Shown: in pieces, positions 44,372 to 54,895 of the stretch | Layout: each line of letters begins with the position of its first letter | Numbering within the stretch: position 1 is the first letter of the stretch | NCBI RefSeq assembly: GCF_051550675.1 | Contig: NZ_JBPULF010000002.1 | Location: 441,879 to 505,878, forward strand | DNA length: 64,000 bases | From: Paeniglutamicibacter sp. R2-26 | Lineage (GTDB): Bacteria; Actinomycetota; Actinomycetes; Actinomycetales; Micrococcaceae | Direction of reading: 5' to 3' | Translations under genes and position numbers: made by a program | The notes under the pieces: model-generated | What the model was told of the DNA's origin: nothing | What the model saw: only the letters and a program-made list of their open reading frames with translations | The model's database searches: none

Positions 44372-46630
44372 CTAGCCGGGCACGTCTGCCGATGCCCCAA
44401 GCCTGGCCAGCAACCCGGCCAGCTGTTCGTGGGTGAGCGGCACATCCGGGAAGTTCGGCAGCCGGCCGATCGGGAAGGAAGCCATCATGGCGGACATCGT
44501 GTCATCCGCGGCGCCGGGCGCGTCCCCGGAGGAGGCGGGCACCAACGCGGCAAGCGCCTCGCCCAGCAGCCCGGCCGCCGCCGGGTGGGCCATCACCTCG
44601 CCCACTGTCGACTCCGCGGTCAGCGGGATTTCCACCGCGTCGCCGGCCAGCTCGATCGCGGCGGTGGCGCGCACGTCGCGGCTGGAGGCGCCGACGGAGA
44701 GCCCGTAGCACCCCGGTTCCAGCGCCCATTCATCGACGCGCACGTCCCAGTAGGCAAGTTCGCTGCGGTCAACCAGAAGTTCCACCTCGCACCCCTCCCC
44801 CGGCTCGAGCTCCGGCGTGGCGGCGAACGCGGCAAGGCCGAGCGGAGGGCGGGCCACCGCGGAGTCCGCCCGGCCCACATAGAGCTGCACGATCTCGCGG
44901 CCCGCCACGTCCCCGGTGTTGGTGACCCTCAGCGTGGCCCGCAGTCCGTCGCCGTGCTCGGCCACCACCAGGTCGGAGTAGGCGAAGCCGGTGTAGGACA
45001 GCCCGTGCCCGAACGGGTAGCGCACCGCCATCTCGCGCGCGTCGTACCAGCGGTACCCCACGTGGATGCCCTCCCCGTAGACCACGTGTCCGTGCTCGCC
45101 GGGGAAATCCAGCGCCGCGGGGGTGTCCGCCAGGCGCAGCGGAATCGTCTCCGCCAACCGGCCCGAGGGGTTGACCCGGCCCGTGACGACGTCGGCCAAC
45201 CCGCCACCACCACCCTGGCCACCCAGCCAGGCGGAGAGCAGCGCCGGAACATCATCGGCGAAGGGCAGCTCCACCACGCCGCCGCCCACCACGGCCACCA
45301 CCACGTTGGCGTTGGCGGTGCGCACCTCTTCCAGCAGGGCCAGTTGCGCGGCCGGCAGCTTCAGGTGGGTTCGGTCGAAGCCCTCGGATTCGGCGGAGTT
45401 CGGCAGGCCGAGCACCACCAGCACCGTCTGGGCGGCAGCCGCGGCGGCGACGGCCTCGGCTGAAAGGGCGGCGTCCTGTGCCGAGTCGGCGTCAAGCCCG
45501 TAGCCCGCCGCGAAGTCCACCAGCTCCCCGCCGTGGATAGCGCGCAGCTCATCGAGCAAGTTTTCCACGCGGGTCGGGTTCACCAGCGAGGATCCGGCCC
45601 CCTGGTAGCGCGGGGTCCTGGCGAATTCGCCGATGACGGCCAGTCGTTGGCCCGCGCGGACCGGCAGCAGGTCCCCCTCGTTCTTCAGCAGCACCACCCC
45701 GCGCCCCGCCGCCTCGCGGGCCAGGGCGTGGTTGGCATCCAGGTCGGCAGGGGTGCCGGACTCCGGGTTGAGCGTGCGCCGCGCGAAGTCGGCCAGGCGT
45801 TCGGTGCTGGCATCCAGCACCGCCCTGTCGAGTTCGCCGGATTCCAGCGCCCGGGTGACTCGCGGGATGGAGTGGCCCGGGTTGCCCGGCATTTCCAGGT
45901 CCAGCCCGGCCTGCAGGGCGCGCACCCGGTCGGCGACGGCGCCCCAGTCGGAGACGACGATCCCGTCGAATCCCCACTCCCCGCGCAGCACCTCGGTGAG
46001 CAGCCAGTGGTTTTCGGAGGCCAGCACGCCGTTGACCTTGTTGTAGGAGCACATGACGGTCCACGGGGCGGCGGTGCGCACCACGCGTTCGAATCCGCGC
46101 AGGTAGATCTCGCGCAGCGGGCGGGCCGCGACGTCGGCGGAGACGCGCATGCGGTCGTGTTCCTGGTTGTTCACCGCGAAGTGCTTGACCGAGGCACCCA
46201 CCCCCTGCGACTGCAGGCCGCGTACCAGCGAGGCTCCGAGCATGCCGGAAACCAGCGGGTCCTCGGAGAAGTACTCGAAGTTGCGCCCGCACAACGGCGA
46301 GCGCTTGACGTTGATGCCCGGGCCCAGCACCACGCCCACGTGGTGGGCCAACGCCTCCCGCGCAATCGCGGCCCCGATCCGTCCGGCCAGGTCCGTGTCG
46401 AAGGTGGACCCCAGGGTGACGGCGGGCGGGAAGCAGGTGGCCGGGACGGAATCCGCGAGGCCCAGGTGGTCGGCGTCCCCGGTCTGCAGGCGCAGCCCGT
46501 GCGGCCCGTCGGTCATGGTCACCGGAGGGATCCCGGCGCGCTCCACCCCGCTGGTGCTCCAGAAATTCTTGCCCGTGACGAGCCGTGCGCGTTCTTCAAC
46601 GCCCAGGTCGGCTGGCGCGTAATCGGTCAT
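44372..46630 (-). CDS. glycoside hydrolase family 3 beta-glucosidase
   Basis: GH3 N-domain with catalytic Asp (GIVVSDWGA), C-terminal domain and fibronectin-like domain. Start ATG 46628-46630 (MTDYAPADLG) follows GGAGAAG. Confidence 0.85.
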   Translation of the reverse strand: MTDYAPADLGVEERARLVTGKNFWSTSGVERAGIPPVTMTDGPHGLRLQTGDADHLGLADSVPATCFPPAVTLGSTFDTDLAGRIGAAIAREALAHHVGVVLGPGINVKRSPLCGRNFEYFSEDPLVSGMLGASLVRGLQSQGVGASVKHFAVNNQEHDRMRVSADVAARPLREIYLRGFERVVRTAAPWTVMCSYNKVNGVLASENHWLLTEVLRGEWGFDGIVVSDWGAVADRVRALQAGLDLEMPGNPGHSIPRVTRALESGELDRAVLDASTERLADFARRTLNPESGTPADLDANHALAREAAGRGVVLLKNEGDLLPVRAGQRLAVIGEFARTPRYQGAGSSLVNPTRVENLLDELRAIHGGELVDFAAGYGLDADSAQDAALSAEAVAAAAAAQTVLVVLGLPNSAESEGFDRTHLKLPAAQLALLEEVRTANANVVVAVVGGGVVELPFADDVPALLSAWLGGQGGGGGLADVVTGRVNPSGRLAETIPLRLADTPAALDFPGEHGHVVYGEGIHVGYRWYDAREMAVRYPFGHGLSYTGFAYSDLVVAEHGDGLRATLRVTNTGDVAGREIVQLYVGRADSAVARPPLGLAAFAATPELEPGEGCEVELLVDRSELAYWDVRVDEWALEPGCYGLSVGASSRDVRATAAIELAGDAVEIPLTAESTVGEVMAHPAAAGLLGEALAALVPASSGDAPGAADDTMSAMMASFPIGRLPNFPDVPLTHEQLAGLLARLGASADVPG

Positions 46631-46671
46631 GGCTTCTCCCTTGGACGGCTCTGCGGGTTGATCCACCCGCC

Positions 46672-46694
46672 AATACCGTATGTCACTCGGTATT
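46672..46694. promoter_or_regulatory. TetR operator candidate AATACCG-N9-CGGTATT
   Basis: Inverted repeat in the divergent GH3/tetR intergenic region. The same core recurs at 47411-47434. Confidence 0.55.
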
Positions 46695-46734
46695 GCATGG
46701 CAAGAGGCAATCCGCCACCGGATACACTTGCCAC

Positions 46735-47316
46735 ATGGCTCGTCGAGGATCGTATGCAAAGGGTGTCGCCAAGCGCGAGGAGATCCTCACCGCAGCCCTG
46801 GAGGTGGTGGCCCGCGAGGGGTGCCGGGGGACGTCGGTCAAGGAAATCGCCGCCGCCGCGGGACTGAGCCAAGCCGGGCTCATGCACCACTTCGCCTCCA
46901 AGGACGAATTGTTCACCGAAATCCTGCGCCTGCGCGACGAGGTGGACACTGCCCTCGCCGCAAGCAGCCCCGAGGCCGGCATCCTCGAAATCTTCCCACA
47001 GGTGGTCAGGCACAATGCCGAGGTCCCCGGACTCGTCCAGCTCTACGTGAGCTTCTCCGCCGAGGCCACGGCCCCCGGACACTTCGCCCGGGACTTCTTC
47101 ACCGAACGCTTCGAACGCTTCCGCCGGGAGATCGCCGCGGAGATCCGCCAGGGCCAGGAGAGCGGCGAGATGATGGCCTCGGTCCACCCCGACTCCGCCG
47201 CCCGCGCCCTGCTGGCGCTGGCCGATGGCCTGCAGACCCAGTGGCTCCTGGATCCCGACTTCGACATGGCGGCGCACATCGTCGAGGCCATCGACGCCTG
47301 GCGCAGCAACGCCTGA
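46735..47316 (+). CDS. TetR-family transcriptional regulator
   Basis: HTH (TSVKEIAAAAGLSQAGLMHHFASKDELF). Start MARRGSY at 46735. Confidence 0.85.
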   Translation: MARRGSYAKGVAKREEILTAALEVVAREGCRGTSVKEIAAAAGLSQAGLMHHFASKDELFTEILRLRDEVDTALAASSPEAGILEIFPQVVRHNAEVPGLVQLYVSFSAEATAPGHFARDFFTERFERFRREIAAEIRQGQESGEMMASVHPDSAARALLALADGLQTQWLLDPDFDMAAHIVEAIDAWRSNA

Positions 47317-47410
47317 AGCCTCCCCGGGGCAACCCCGGGCACCCTGCCGGGGGCGCTCAAACCAATCCACAAACACCCTTGACGGGCCCGACGTGAGCTT
47401 GCACACTTAT

Positions 47411-47434
47411 ACCGAATACCGCTCGGTATTCGGT
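47411..47434. promoter_or_regulatory. second TetR operator candidate ACCGAATACCG-ctc-GGTATTCGGT
   Basis: Perfect 10-bp arms, 42 nt upstream of the MFS transporter GTG start. Shares the AATACCG/CGGTATT core with the 46672 site. Confidence 0.55.
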
Positions 47435-47475
47435 CGAGCGCGCCGGCCGCACACACTCAACGTCGAGGACAACCC

Positions 47476-48789
47476 GTGAGCCAAGAGCCTTCAGGCACCC
47501 ATCCCGCACTTGCCGTGCCGCTCGAGACACCGCCCGCCACCACCCAGCCACCGGCGGGTAGCGCCCCGGCGAGCCCGCCGCCGACCAAGCGACTGCTGCC
47601 CGGCATCCTTGTCGCCTCCATGACGCTCTTCGCCACCTACGCGGGCCTGATCGCCGTGCTGCTCCCGTCCCAGATCGCACTGATCGACGAGGAAAACAAG
47701 GTCGCGAACTTCGCGATCGTCACCACCGTGTCATTCGTCTTCACGCTCTTTGCCCAGCCGATCGTCGGCGCCCTCAGCGACCGCACCCGCTCGAGGCTCG
47801 GCCGGCGCGCGCCCTGGATGATCCTCGGCGCACTCGTCGGCGGGATCCTGATGCTCGGACTCGGGTCCTTCACGTCCCTGCTGTGGATCACGGTGTTCTG
47901 GGTGCTGATCCAGGTGGCACTAAACGCCCTGCAGGGCCCGCTCAGCGCCATCACCCCGGACCGCTTCCCGAAGAACAAGCTCGGCATGGCCAGCGCCATG
48001 TCCGGCGTCGGCATGCAGATCGGCGGCACGCTCGGCGTCATCGGTGCCGGCGCCCTGGCCGGGACGCTGGGTGTCGCCTACTCGGTTTTCGGCGTCGCCG
48101 TCATCGCCACCACCCTGCTCTTTGTCCTGGCGAACCGCGACTGGTCCTCCAAGGACTCCGTCGTCCCGGCGTGGAGCTGGGGCAGGTTCCTCAAGGACTT
48201 CTGGATCGACCCCCGCAAGAACCCCGACTTCGCCTGGGCGTTCACGGCCAGGTTCCTCTTCATCCTCGGCTATTTCGTTGTCGCCGCCTTCCAGCTCTAC
48301 ATCCTCACCGACTACATCAAGATGTCGCTCGTCGAGGCGCAGGTCGCGATCGGCACCATCGCCCTGGCCGCCACGGTTCCGACGCTCGCGACAATCATGC
48401 TGGCCGGCTGGTGGAGCGACAAGATCGGCAGGCGCAAGGTCTTCATCTACGCGGCGACGCTCATCATGGTCGCCTCCCTGGCGATCCCGCTGGCCAGCCC
48501 GACGCTGGGAGGCATGGTCGCCTCCGCCGTCGTCAACGGCATCGGTTTCGGTTTCTACATGTCGGCGGACACCGCGTTGATGAACGAGGTGCTCCCGGGT
48601 CAGGGCATAGCCGCCGGCAAGGACCTGGGCATCCTGAACGTCGCCACCAACATCCCCCAGGCCATGAGCCCGGCCATTGCCGGACTCATCATCGCCACAG
48701 CGGGAGGATACCCGGCGCTCTTCGTCTTTGGCATGATCGTTGTGGTCCTCGCGGCCATCGCCGTTGCACCCATCAAGAACGTCAGATAG
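47476..48789 (+). CDS. MFS transporter (glycoside/cation symporter-like)
   Basis: 12 TM helices and MFS motif (LSDRTRSRLGRRAPW). GTG start at 47476. Confidence 0.8.
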   Translation: MSQEPSGTHPALAVPLETPPATTQPPAGSAPASPPPTKRLLPGILVASMTLFATYAGLIAVLLPSQIALIDEENKVANFAIVTTVSFVFTLFAQPIVGALSDRTRSRLGRRAPWMILGALVGGILMLGLGSFTSLLWITVFWVLIQVALNALQGPLSAITPDRFPKNKLGMASAMSGVGMQIGGTLGVIGAGALAGTLGVAYSVFGVAVIATTLLFVLANRDWSSKDSVVPAWSWGRFLKDFWIDPRKNPDFAWAFTARFLFILGYFVVAAFQLYILTDYIKMSLVEAQVAIGTIALAATVPTLATIMLAGWWSDKIGRRKVFIYAATLIMVASLAIPLASPTLGGMVASAVVNGIGFGFYMSADTALMNEVLPGQGIAAGKDLGILNVATNIPQAMSPAIAGLIIATAGGYPALFVFGMIVVVLAAIAVAPIKNVR

Positions 48790-48799
48790 GACCGTCCCC

Positions 48800-50314
48800 A
48801 TGCCATCCCCCGACATCACCTTGGACGACACCGTCGTCATCGACACCCCCTCGGGAAAGGTCCGCGGAAGGTTCGCCGTCCCGGCGGGCGCGTCGAAAGC
48901 TGTTGCCACCTTCAAGGGAATCCCCTTCGCCCAGGCGCCGGTCGGCGAATTGCGTTTCGCCGCACCGGCGCCCGTCGAGCCGTGGGCCGGGGTGCTGGAC
49001 GCCCTGGACTTCGGGCCCACCGCACAGCGCGGGGACCCCGGCGTCACCCTGATCCCCGAACCCAGCATTCCCGGCGAGGCCACGCTGAACGTCAACGTGG
49101 TCACCCCCGCGGCCGGCGACCCCGGCGCGGGGCTGCCGGTGCTCGTGTGGATCCACGGCGGCGGCTACTTTGCCGGCTCTCCCGCGAGCCCCTGGTATTC
49201 CAGCCCCGCCTTTGCCCGGGACGGCGTCGTCACGGTGGTGGTTTCCTACCGCCTGGGCTTTGACGGGTTCGGCCACATCCCCGGCGCCCCCTCCAACCGC
49301 GGCGTCCGCGACTGGCTGTGCGCCCTGGAATGGGTGCGCGAGCACGTCGCTTCCTTCGGCGGGGACCCGAACCGCGTCACCCTTGCCGGGCAGTCCGCCG
49401 GCGGCGGCGCTGTGCTCACGCTGCTGGGGATGCCCGCGGCACGCGGTCTTTTCCAGCAGGCAATAGCGCTCTCCAGCGCGGTCGGGGACGTGGGCCCCGA
49501 CCGCGCCGCGGAACTGTCGCGGAAGATCGCCGCCGCGGCGGGCGTCAGTTGCGACAGGGCGGGCTTCTCCTCGCTCACCGAGGAGGCACTGCTCGGGTTC
49601 CAGAAGGAGGCCACCGACATTGCTTCGTCCAAGGCCATGCTCAAGATGATGGACGACGGGCTGGCACTGGGCCCCACGATCGACGGGGACCTGATCCCGC
49701 GCCCCACCTTGGAGTCGCTGGCGGCCGGGGAAAAATCCGACGTCCCGCTGCTGATCAATGCGGCGGACGACGAGTTCGGCATGGTCTTTGCCGAAGCGCC
49801 GGGCTTCCTGAACGTGCTCCCCGCGGGGTTCATGCTCGCGCGCATGGGCGCGGGACGCAGGACGCGCCGCGACTGGTTGGCGGCAAACCCTGATGCACAC
49901 GGACGCGGCACCAAGTCGGTGCTGGGCCGCTACATCAGCGACAAGTTCTTCAAGGTCGGCCTGGCGGAGGCCGTCGCCCACCGCGGAGACGCGCCGACCT
50001 GGGTCTCCCGCTTCAGCTGGCGCTCGCCCGTCTTCAACGCCGCCGTGCACTGCATCGACGTGCCGTTCTTCTTCGACTGCCTTGACTCCGAAAAAGTGGC
50101 CCCGCTGGCCGGGGAGAACCCACCCCAGGAACTGGCGGACACGGTCCACGCCGCCGCCCTGCGCTTCATCACCACCGGGGATCCCGGCTGGGAGCCCTAC
50201 CTGCCAGGGAAGACCACCATGGTCTTCGACCACCCGCGCTCGGAACCCGTGCACGACGGGTATGCCGGCGTGGCGGCGCTGCGGCCGGCAGCGCTGGCCG
50301 CAGCGACACGCTAG
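48800..50314 (+). CDS. type-B carboxylesterase/lipase
   Basis: VWIHGGGY oxyanion-hole motif and GQSAGG nucleophile elbow. Start MPSPDITLDD at 48800. Confidence 0.85.
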   Translation: MPSPDITLDDTVVIDTPSGKVRGRFAVPAGASKAVATFKGIPFAQAPVGELRFAAPAPVEPWAGVLDALDFGPTAQRGDPGVTLIPEPSIPGEATLNVNVVTPAAGDPGAGLPVLVWIHGGGYFAGSPASPWYSSPAFARDGVVTVVVSYRLGFDGFGHIPGAPSNRGVRDWLCALEWVREHVASFGGDPNRVTLAGQSAGGGAVLTLLGMPAARGLFQQAIALSSAVGDVGPDRAAELSRKIAAAAGVSCDRAGFSSLTEEALLGFQKEATDIASSKAMLKMMDDGLALGPTIDGDLIPRPTLESLAAGEKSDVPLLINAADDEFGMVFAEAPGFLNVLPAGFMLARMGAGRRTRRDWLAANPDAHGRGTKSVLGRYISDKFFKVGLAEAVAHRGDAPTWVSRFSWRSPVFNAAVHCIDVPFFFDCLDSEKVAPLAGENPPQELADTVHAAALRFITTGDPGWEPYLPGKTTMVFDHPRSEPVHDGYAGVAALRPAALAAATR

Positions 50315-50393
50315 GAACCCGACTCCGGGCACCCGCGCCCGGCTTGTCAACCGCACCACCCGCCCTTACCCCTGCCTGACCTGAGGAGTCGTC

Positions 50394-51197
50394 ATGAAAG
50401 CAACACCCAAGCGTTACGTGGCAGCATCGATCCTGGCCCTCGCCGCCATCGGCACATCCGGGTGCGCCCAGTCCCCCGCACCGCAGGCCGCCGCGGGGAC
50501 CGGCATGACCGCGGTGACGGCCTCGAACCGCTCGGTGACCGTCTATCTGACCCGGCACGGGGAGACGATGCTCAACGCCCTGGGTCGCGCCCAGGGCTGG
50601 AGCGATTCCCCGTTGACGGAGGAGGGCCGGGAGATCGCCACGGCCGTCGGCAAGGGGCTGAAAAAGAAGGTCGGCACGGTGGATGCCGTGTATTCGGCGG
50701 ACATGGTCCGGCATTTCGAGACGGCGTCCCTGATGGCCAAACAGATCAGCCCGCGCCTCGAGGTGACCCGGGACCGGCGCCTGCGCGAACTTGCCTTCGG
50801 CGGGTTCGAGGGCGGCCCGGGGAAGGACCTGTTTGCCGCCGCGGCCAGGCAGTTGAACGTCGGGTCCATGGACGAGCTGCTGATGAACTACACCCTTCCG
50901 GAAATCACCGACGCGATCGCCGCCGCCAACCCGAACCCGGAGCTGCCGGCCGAAGGTTGCTCGGTCGCGGGGCCGCGCATGCAGGAGTCCCTGGACGAGA
51001 TCGCGCGGAAGGCCACGCGGTCGGGGCAGACCAAGGTGCTGGCCGTCAGCAGCGGCATGTCGATCTCCTGCGTCATCGACGAGCTCGGCGGCACCCTGCC
51101 GGACGGGCCCATCGAAAACGGCGCGGTGAACGAATTGCAGTACAGGAACGGGACGTGGACGGTGAAGTCGGTCAACGACACCAGCTACGCCCACTAG
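50394..51197 (+). CDS. histidine phosphatase (phosphoglycerate mutase-like) lipoprotein
   Basis: RHG catalytic motif (LTRHGET) and signal peptide with lipobox (TSGC). Confidence 0.8.
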   Translation: MKATPKRYVAASILALAAIGTSGCAQSPAPQAAAGTGMTAVTASNRSVTVYLTRHGETMLNALGRAQGWSDSPLTEEGREIATAVGKGLKKKVGTVDAVYSADMVRHFETASLMAKQISPRLEVTRDRRLRELAFGGFEGGPGKDLFAAAARQLNVGSMDELLMNYTLPEITDAIAAANPNPELPAEGCSVAGPRMQESLDEIARKATRSGQTKVLAVSSGMSISCVIDELGGTLPDGPIENGAVNELQYRNGTWTVKSVNDTSYAH

Positions 51198-51212
51198 CCG
51201 GGGAGCAAAGGG

Positions 51213-51268
51213 AAACGGCGCCCGGAACGTCGGAGCGGGACACCGCACCGACGTTCCGGGCGCCGTTT
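51213..51268 (+). terminator. 21-bp perfect hairpin after the phosphatase gene
   Basis: AAACGGCGCCCGGAACGTCGG-(14-nt loop)-CCGACGTTCCGGGCGCCGTTT. Confidence 0.7.
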
Positions 51269-51443
51269 GCACGCCCACGACCGGGCGGCCCGAAACTTCC
51301 TGTCAACATTGATGACAGCGCCGTTGACTTCCTGCCGTTGTGAGCCTAGTCTCAATTCCAGCAATGACTTTCCCGACCCCGTCCACCGCCGGCCCGACCC
51401 TGCGCGCGGCACCGGGATTCGAACCGATTGGAGCAATCCCCGC

Positions 51444-52880
51444 ATGGAGCTACACCACCTGACCGCCACCAAGGCCCACGAACTTTTCGAGCGCAAGGAG
51501 CTCTCCCCCGTCGAGCTGCTCGACGCGGTGGTGGCCCGCACCGCCGCGGTCGAACCGGGCATCAACGCGCTGACCGAGGAGATGCTCGACGACGCCTACG
51601 CCGCGGCCCGCACCTCGCAGGAACGCTTCGCGGCCGGCGGCACGCGGCTCGGCGCCCTGGAGGGCATCCCGCTGCTGCTCAAGGAGGAGCAGCCGATCGC
51701 CGGCCGTCTGGCCGAGGAAGGCTCGCTGACCGAGAAAGGCACCATCGCCGAGGTCAGCCACCCGATCGTCGACCGGATCTTCAACGCGGGCGCCGTGGTC
51801 CACGGCCGCACCACCACCCCGGAGTTCTGCTGCGCCCCGTACACGCACTCCAAGCTGTGGGGCGTCACCCGCAACCCCTGGAACACGGAGCTGACCCCGG
51901 GCGGATCCTCGGGAGGTTCGGGCGCCGCACTGGCCGCGGGCGAATCCATCCTGGCCACCGGGTCGGACATCGGCGGCTCCATCCGCATCCCGTCCTCCTT
52001 CTCCGGCATCGTCGGGTTCAAGCCGCCGTTCGGCCGCGTCCCGGGCCTGCCGCCCTTCAACCAGGACACTTACTGCGCCGACGGCCCCATGGGCCGCAGC
52101 GTCGCCGACGTCGCGATGCTGCAGAACGTGATCGCCGGGCCGCACCGCGTCGACCAGGCGTCGCTGCGCCCCGCATACACGCTGCCGACACCGAACGCCG
52201 CGGCGGCCGCGGGCATGCGCGTGGCGCTGTGCGTGAACCTCGGCGACTACATCGTGGACCCGGTCATCGAGGCCAACACCCGCGCCGCCGCCGAGGCCCT
52301 GCGCGGCGCCGGCGTCATCGTCGAGGAGATCTCCCTGCCGTGGACCCGCAAGCAGATCGTCGAGGCCGCCTGGGCGCACTTCGGCGGCATCATGGGGCCC
52401 TTCATCACCGAGGTAGCCGGTGCCGATTCGGACCTGCTGATGCCCTACACATTGGACTTCGCCAAGCGCGCCGCGCAGGCCGGTTCCTTCGCAGAGGGTC
52501 TGGTGGCCGAGGCCGCCGTCTACGAGCCGCTGGGCAAGGTCTTCGAAACCTACGACGCACTGCTCTGCCCGACCCTTGCCACCCAGGGCATGGCCGCCGA
52601 CTTCGCCGACCCGGCCGGGCTCATCGACGTGGGAGGGGCCTCCGTGTCCTGGATCGAGGCGGCCCTGACCGTGCCGTTCAACGTGATCGGCCGCGTTCCG
52701 GTCCTGGCGCTGCCCTCCGGCGTGGCACCCAACGGCCTGCCCACCGGCGTGCAGATCGTCGGGCGCACCTACGACGACGCGACGGTCTTCACCCTGGGCC
52801 AGGCGCTCGAGGAAGCCCTTGACCTGTGGACCCGGTCGAGCTGGTGGCCGGCCATGAACACCGCGGAAGCAGCCGTCTAG
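51444..52880 (+). CDS. amidase (amidase-signature family)
   Basis: AS signature GGSSGGSGAALAAGES…GSDIGGSIRIPS with Ser-cisSer-Lys triad context. Start MELHHL at 51444. Confidence 0.85.
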   Translation: MELHHLTATKAHELFERKELSPVELLDAVVARTAAVEPGINALTEEMLDDAYAAARTSQERFAAGGTRLGALEGIPLLLKEEQPIAGRLAEEGSLTEKGTIAEVSHPIVDRIFNAGAVVHGRTTTPEFCCAPYTHSKLWGVTRNPWNTELTPGGSSGGSGAALAAGESILATGSDIGGSIRIPSSFSGIVGFKPPFGRVPGLPPFNQDTYCADGPMGRSVADVAMLQNVIAGPHRVDQASLRPAYTLPTPNAAAAAGMRVALCVNLGDYIVDPVIEANTRAAAEALRGAGVIVEEISLPWTRKQIVEAAWAHFGGIMGPFITEVAGADSDLLMPYTLDFAKRAAQAGSFAEGLVAEAAVYEPLGKVFETYDALLCPTLATQGMAADFADPAGLIDVGGASVSWIEAALTVPFNVIGRVPVLALPSGVAPNGLPTGVQIVGRTYDDATVFTLGQALEEALDLWTRSSWWPAMNTAEAAV

Positions 52881-52911
52881 TCCCGGATCCGGACCCGGAG
52901 CAACAGCACGC

Positions 52912-52954
52912 CACACCGTATGCCCTGCCGGCCGTCGGCAGGGCATACGGTGTG
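52912..52954 (+). terminator. 19-bp perfect hairpin after the amidase gene
   Basis: CACACCGTATGCCCTGCCG-gccgt-CGGCAGGGCATACGGTGTG. Confidence 0.7.
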
Positions 52955-53076
52955 CACGGGGCAACCGGGGGTCGGGCACCGGCGGTTCTCCGTGCATTCC
53001 GGCCCCACATGCGCTCCCCCTGACCTATACTTTCGTCACCTCATGCACCGCAACCTGCACAGAAGGACATGACGAC

Positions 53077-54255
53077 ATGACAGATGCCTCCCGCTTCAGG
53101 CTCGTGCCCATGCGGCCGCGCGACCCCCAGGAGTCCGGGCGCAGCGCGTCCTCGCTGGAACTGTTCTTCGACCTGGTCTTCGTGATCGCCGTGGGCATTG
53201 CCGCGGCCCAGCTGCACCATTCCCTGTCCGAGGGCCACGTGCTTGACGGGATCGCCAGCTACGGAATCGTGTTCTTCGGGATCTGGTGGGCCTGGATGAA
53301 CTTCACGTGGTTCGCCACCTCCTTCGACACCGACGACTGGCTGTACCGGGTGCTGACCATCATCCAGATGAGCGGCGTGCTGGTGCTCGCCTCCGGCATC
53401 GCCCCGGCCTTCGAGAAGCACGACTACACGGTGCTGATCCTCGCCTACATCGTCATCCGTCTGGCGCTGGTCGCCCAGTGGCTGCGCGCCTCGCGCTCGG
53501 GAGGCGCCACCAGGCGCTCGACGATCCTGTACGCCGCCGGCATCACGCTTGTCCAGGTGCTCTGGCTGGGCGCCCTGATGCTTCCCGCCCAGTGGTTTAC
53601 CGGCGCGCTGATCGCCCTGATCATCGCCGAATTGGCGGTACCGATCATCGCCGAGCGCCACGGAAACACCCCGTGGCACCCGCACCACATCACCGAGCGC
53701 TACGGGCTGTTCGCGCTGATCCTGCTCGGTGAAAGCCTGCTCGCCTCCGCCAACGCCATCATCGAGGCACTGCACGACGCCGAATCACTGGGCCCGCTGA
53801 TTGCCATCGCCGTGCTGACCCTGGTGGCCACCGCCGGCCTGTGGTGGATCTACTTCTGGCCGCCGCACCACCGCGCCATCCAGGGCCTGGGCAAGTCCCT
53901 CGCCTACGGGTACGGGCACTTCTTCATCTTCGCGGCAGCCGGGGCCCTGTCCGCGGGCATCGAAGCGGAGATCGACGTCATCACCCACCACAGCGAGCTC
54001 ACCGCGCCGTTCGCGTCGTTCGCGTTCACCATTCCCATTGCCGTTTTCATCATGGGGGTCTGGGCGCTGGCGATCAGGCCGTACGCCGACCGGCTGGTCA
54101 ACACCGTGGTTCCTTTGGCGAGCCTGCTCGTCCTTCTCGATCCACTGATCCCGGTGCCGTTCGCGCTCACCACGGTGATCCTCGTCGGAGTCGTCACGGT
54201 GCTTGTCTGGCGGCAACCGGCCGACGCGGAAGAACCCGTCCAGCTGCTCGACTGA
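53077..54255 (+). CDS. LtrA-family (low temperature requirement A) membrane protein
   Basis: SLELFFDLVFVIAV start motif, characteristic of LtrA/DUF1211-like proteins. About 10 TM helices. Confidence 0.7.
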   Translation: MTDASRFRLVPMRPRDPQESGRSASSLELFFDLVFVIAVGIAAAQLHHSLSEGHVLDGIASYGIVFFGIWWAWMNFTWFATSFDTDDWLYRVLTIIQMSGVLVLASGIAPAFEKHDYTVLILAYIVIRLALVAQWLRASRSGGATRRSTILYAAGITLVQVLWLGALMLPAQWFTGALIALIIAELAVPIIAERHGNTPWHPHHITERYGLFALILLGESLLASANAIIEALHDAESLGPLIAIAVLTLVATAGLWWIYFWPPHHRAIQGLGKSLAYGYGHFFIFAAAGALSAGIEAEIDVITHHSELTAPFASFAFTIPIAVFIMGVWALAIRPYADRLVNTVVPLASLLVLLDPLIPVPFALTTVILVGVVTVLVWRQPADAEEPVQLLD

Positions 54256-54326
54256 CCGGGGAGGTGCCCCGGCGGCATGAAGGCCGCTCCCCCGCGGGGA
54301 ACGGCCTTCGAGCGGTCCGATGCGTC

Positions 54327-54686
54327 CTAGGCCCAGATGTATTCCTCGGCGATCGCCCCATCCCGCCACTTCGCGACGGTCACCATGCGGCTGCCGTCCT
54401 CGAACTCGCCGATGACACAGGTCCACTCGCCGGAGCCGAAGGCGATCGGGTGGGAGGTGATCTGCGGCGGGGTTCCCCCGACCGAATCGACGAATGCCCT
54501 CATCGCGTCGATGTGCTCGCCAACGCCGTTCGTGGGGGCCTGGCCCTTCCAGTCCACGAGCACGTCCTCGGTGTGGTGGTGGGCGAACACGCCGTTCCAG
54601 TCGGCGTTGTTCCACCCGTCGAAGTCGAGGTCATCCATACCCTTGAGGTTGCGGTCCACCTGGTCATCGCTCATGGCTTGCTCCAT
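54327..54686 (-). CDS. NTF2-like / SnoaL-like small protein
   Basis: 119 aa, acidic. Pattern DFDGWNNADWNGVFAHHHTEDVLVDWKG resembles ester-cyclase/NTF2-fold proteins. Low certainty. Confidence 0.5.
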   Translation of the reverse strand: MEQAMSDDQVDRNLKGMDDLDFDGWNNADWNGVFAHHHTEDVLVDWKGQAPTNGVGEHIDAMRAFVDSVGGTPPQITSHPIAFGSGEWTCVIGEFEDGSRMVTVAKWRDGAIAEEYIWA

Positions 54687-54895
54687 TCTTCGGGCACGCC
54701 AAACTCGATGCAGGGTCGGGACGCCGTGCCGCCAGTGTGATTGACCCGACCAGCATAAATCCGCGAGCTACGGCATTCAACGGCCAGCCGGAGTGCACCG
54801 GGCCGGTCGCGGAAGCCGGTGGAAGGAACTCACACGGCACAGGCCGAGGGTCCCGTTCCCTCGGCCTGTGCCTTGTGCATTCGGATGCCGATCCG

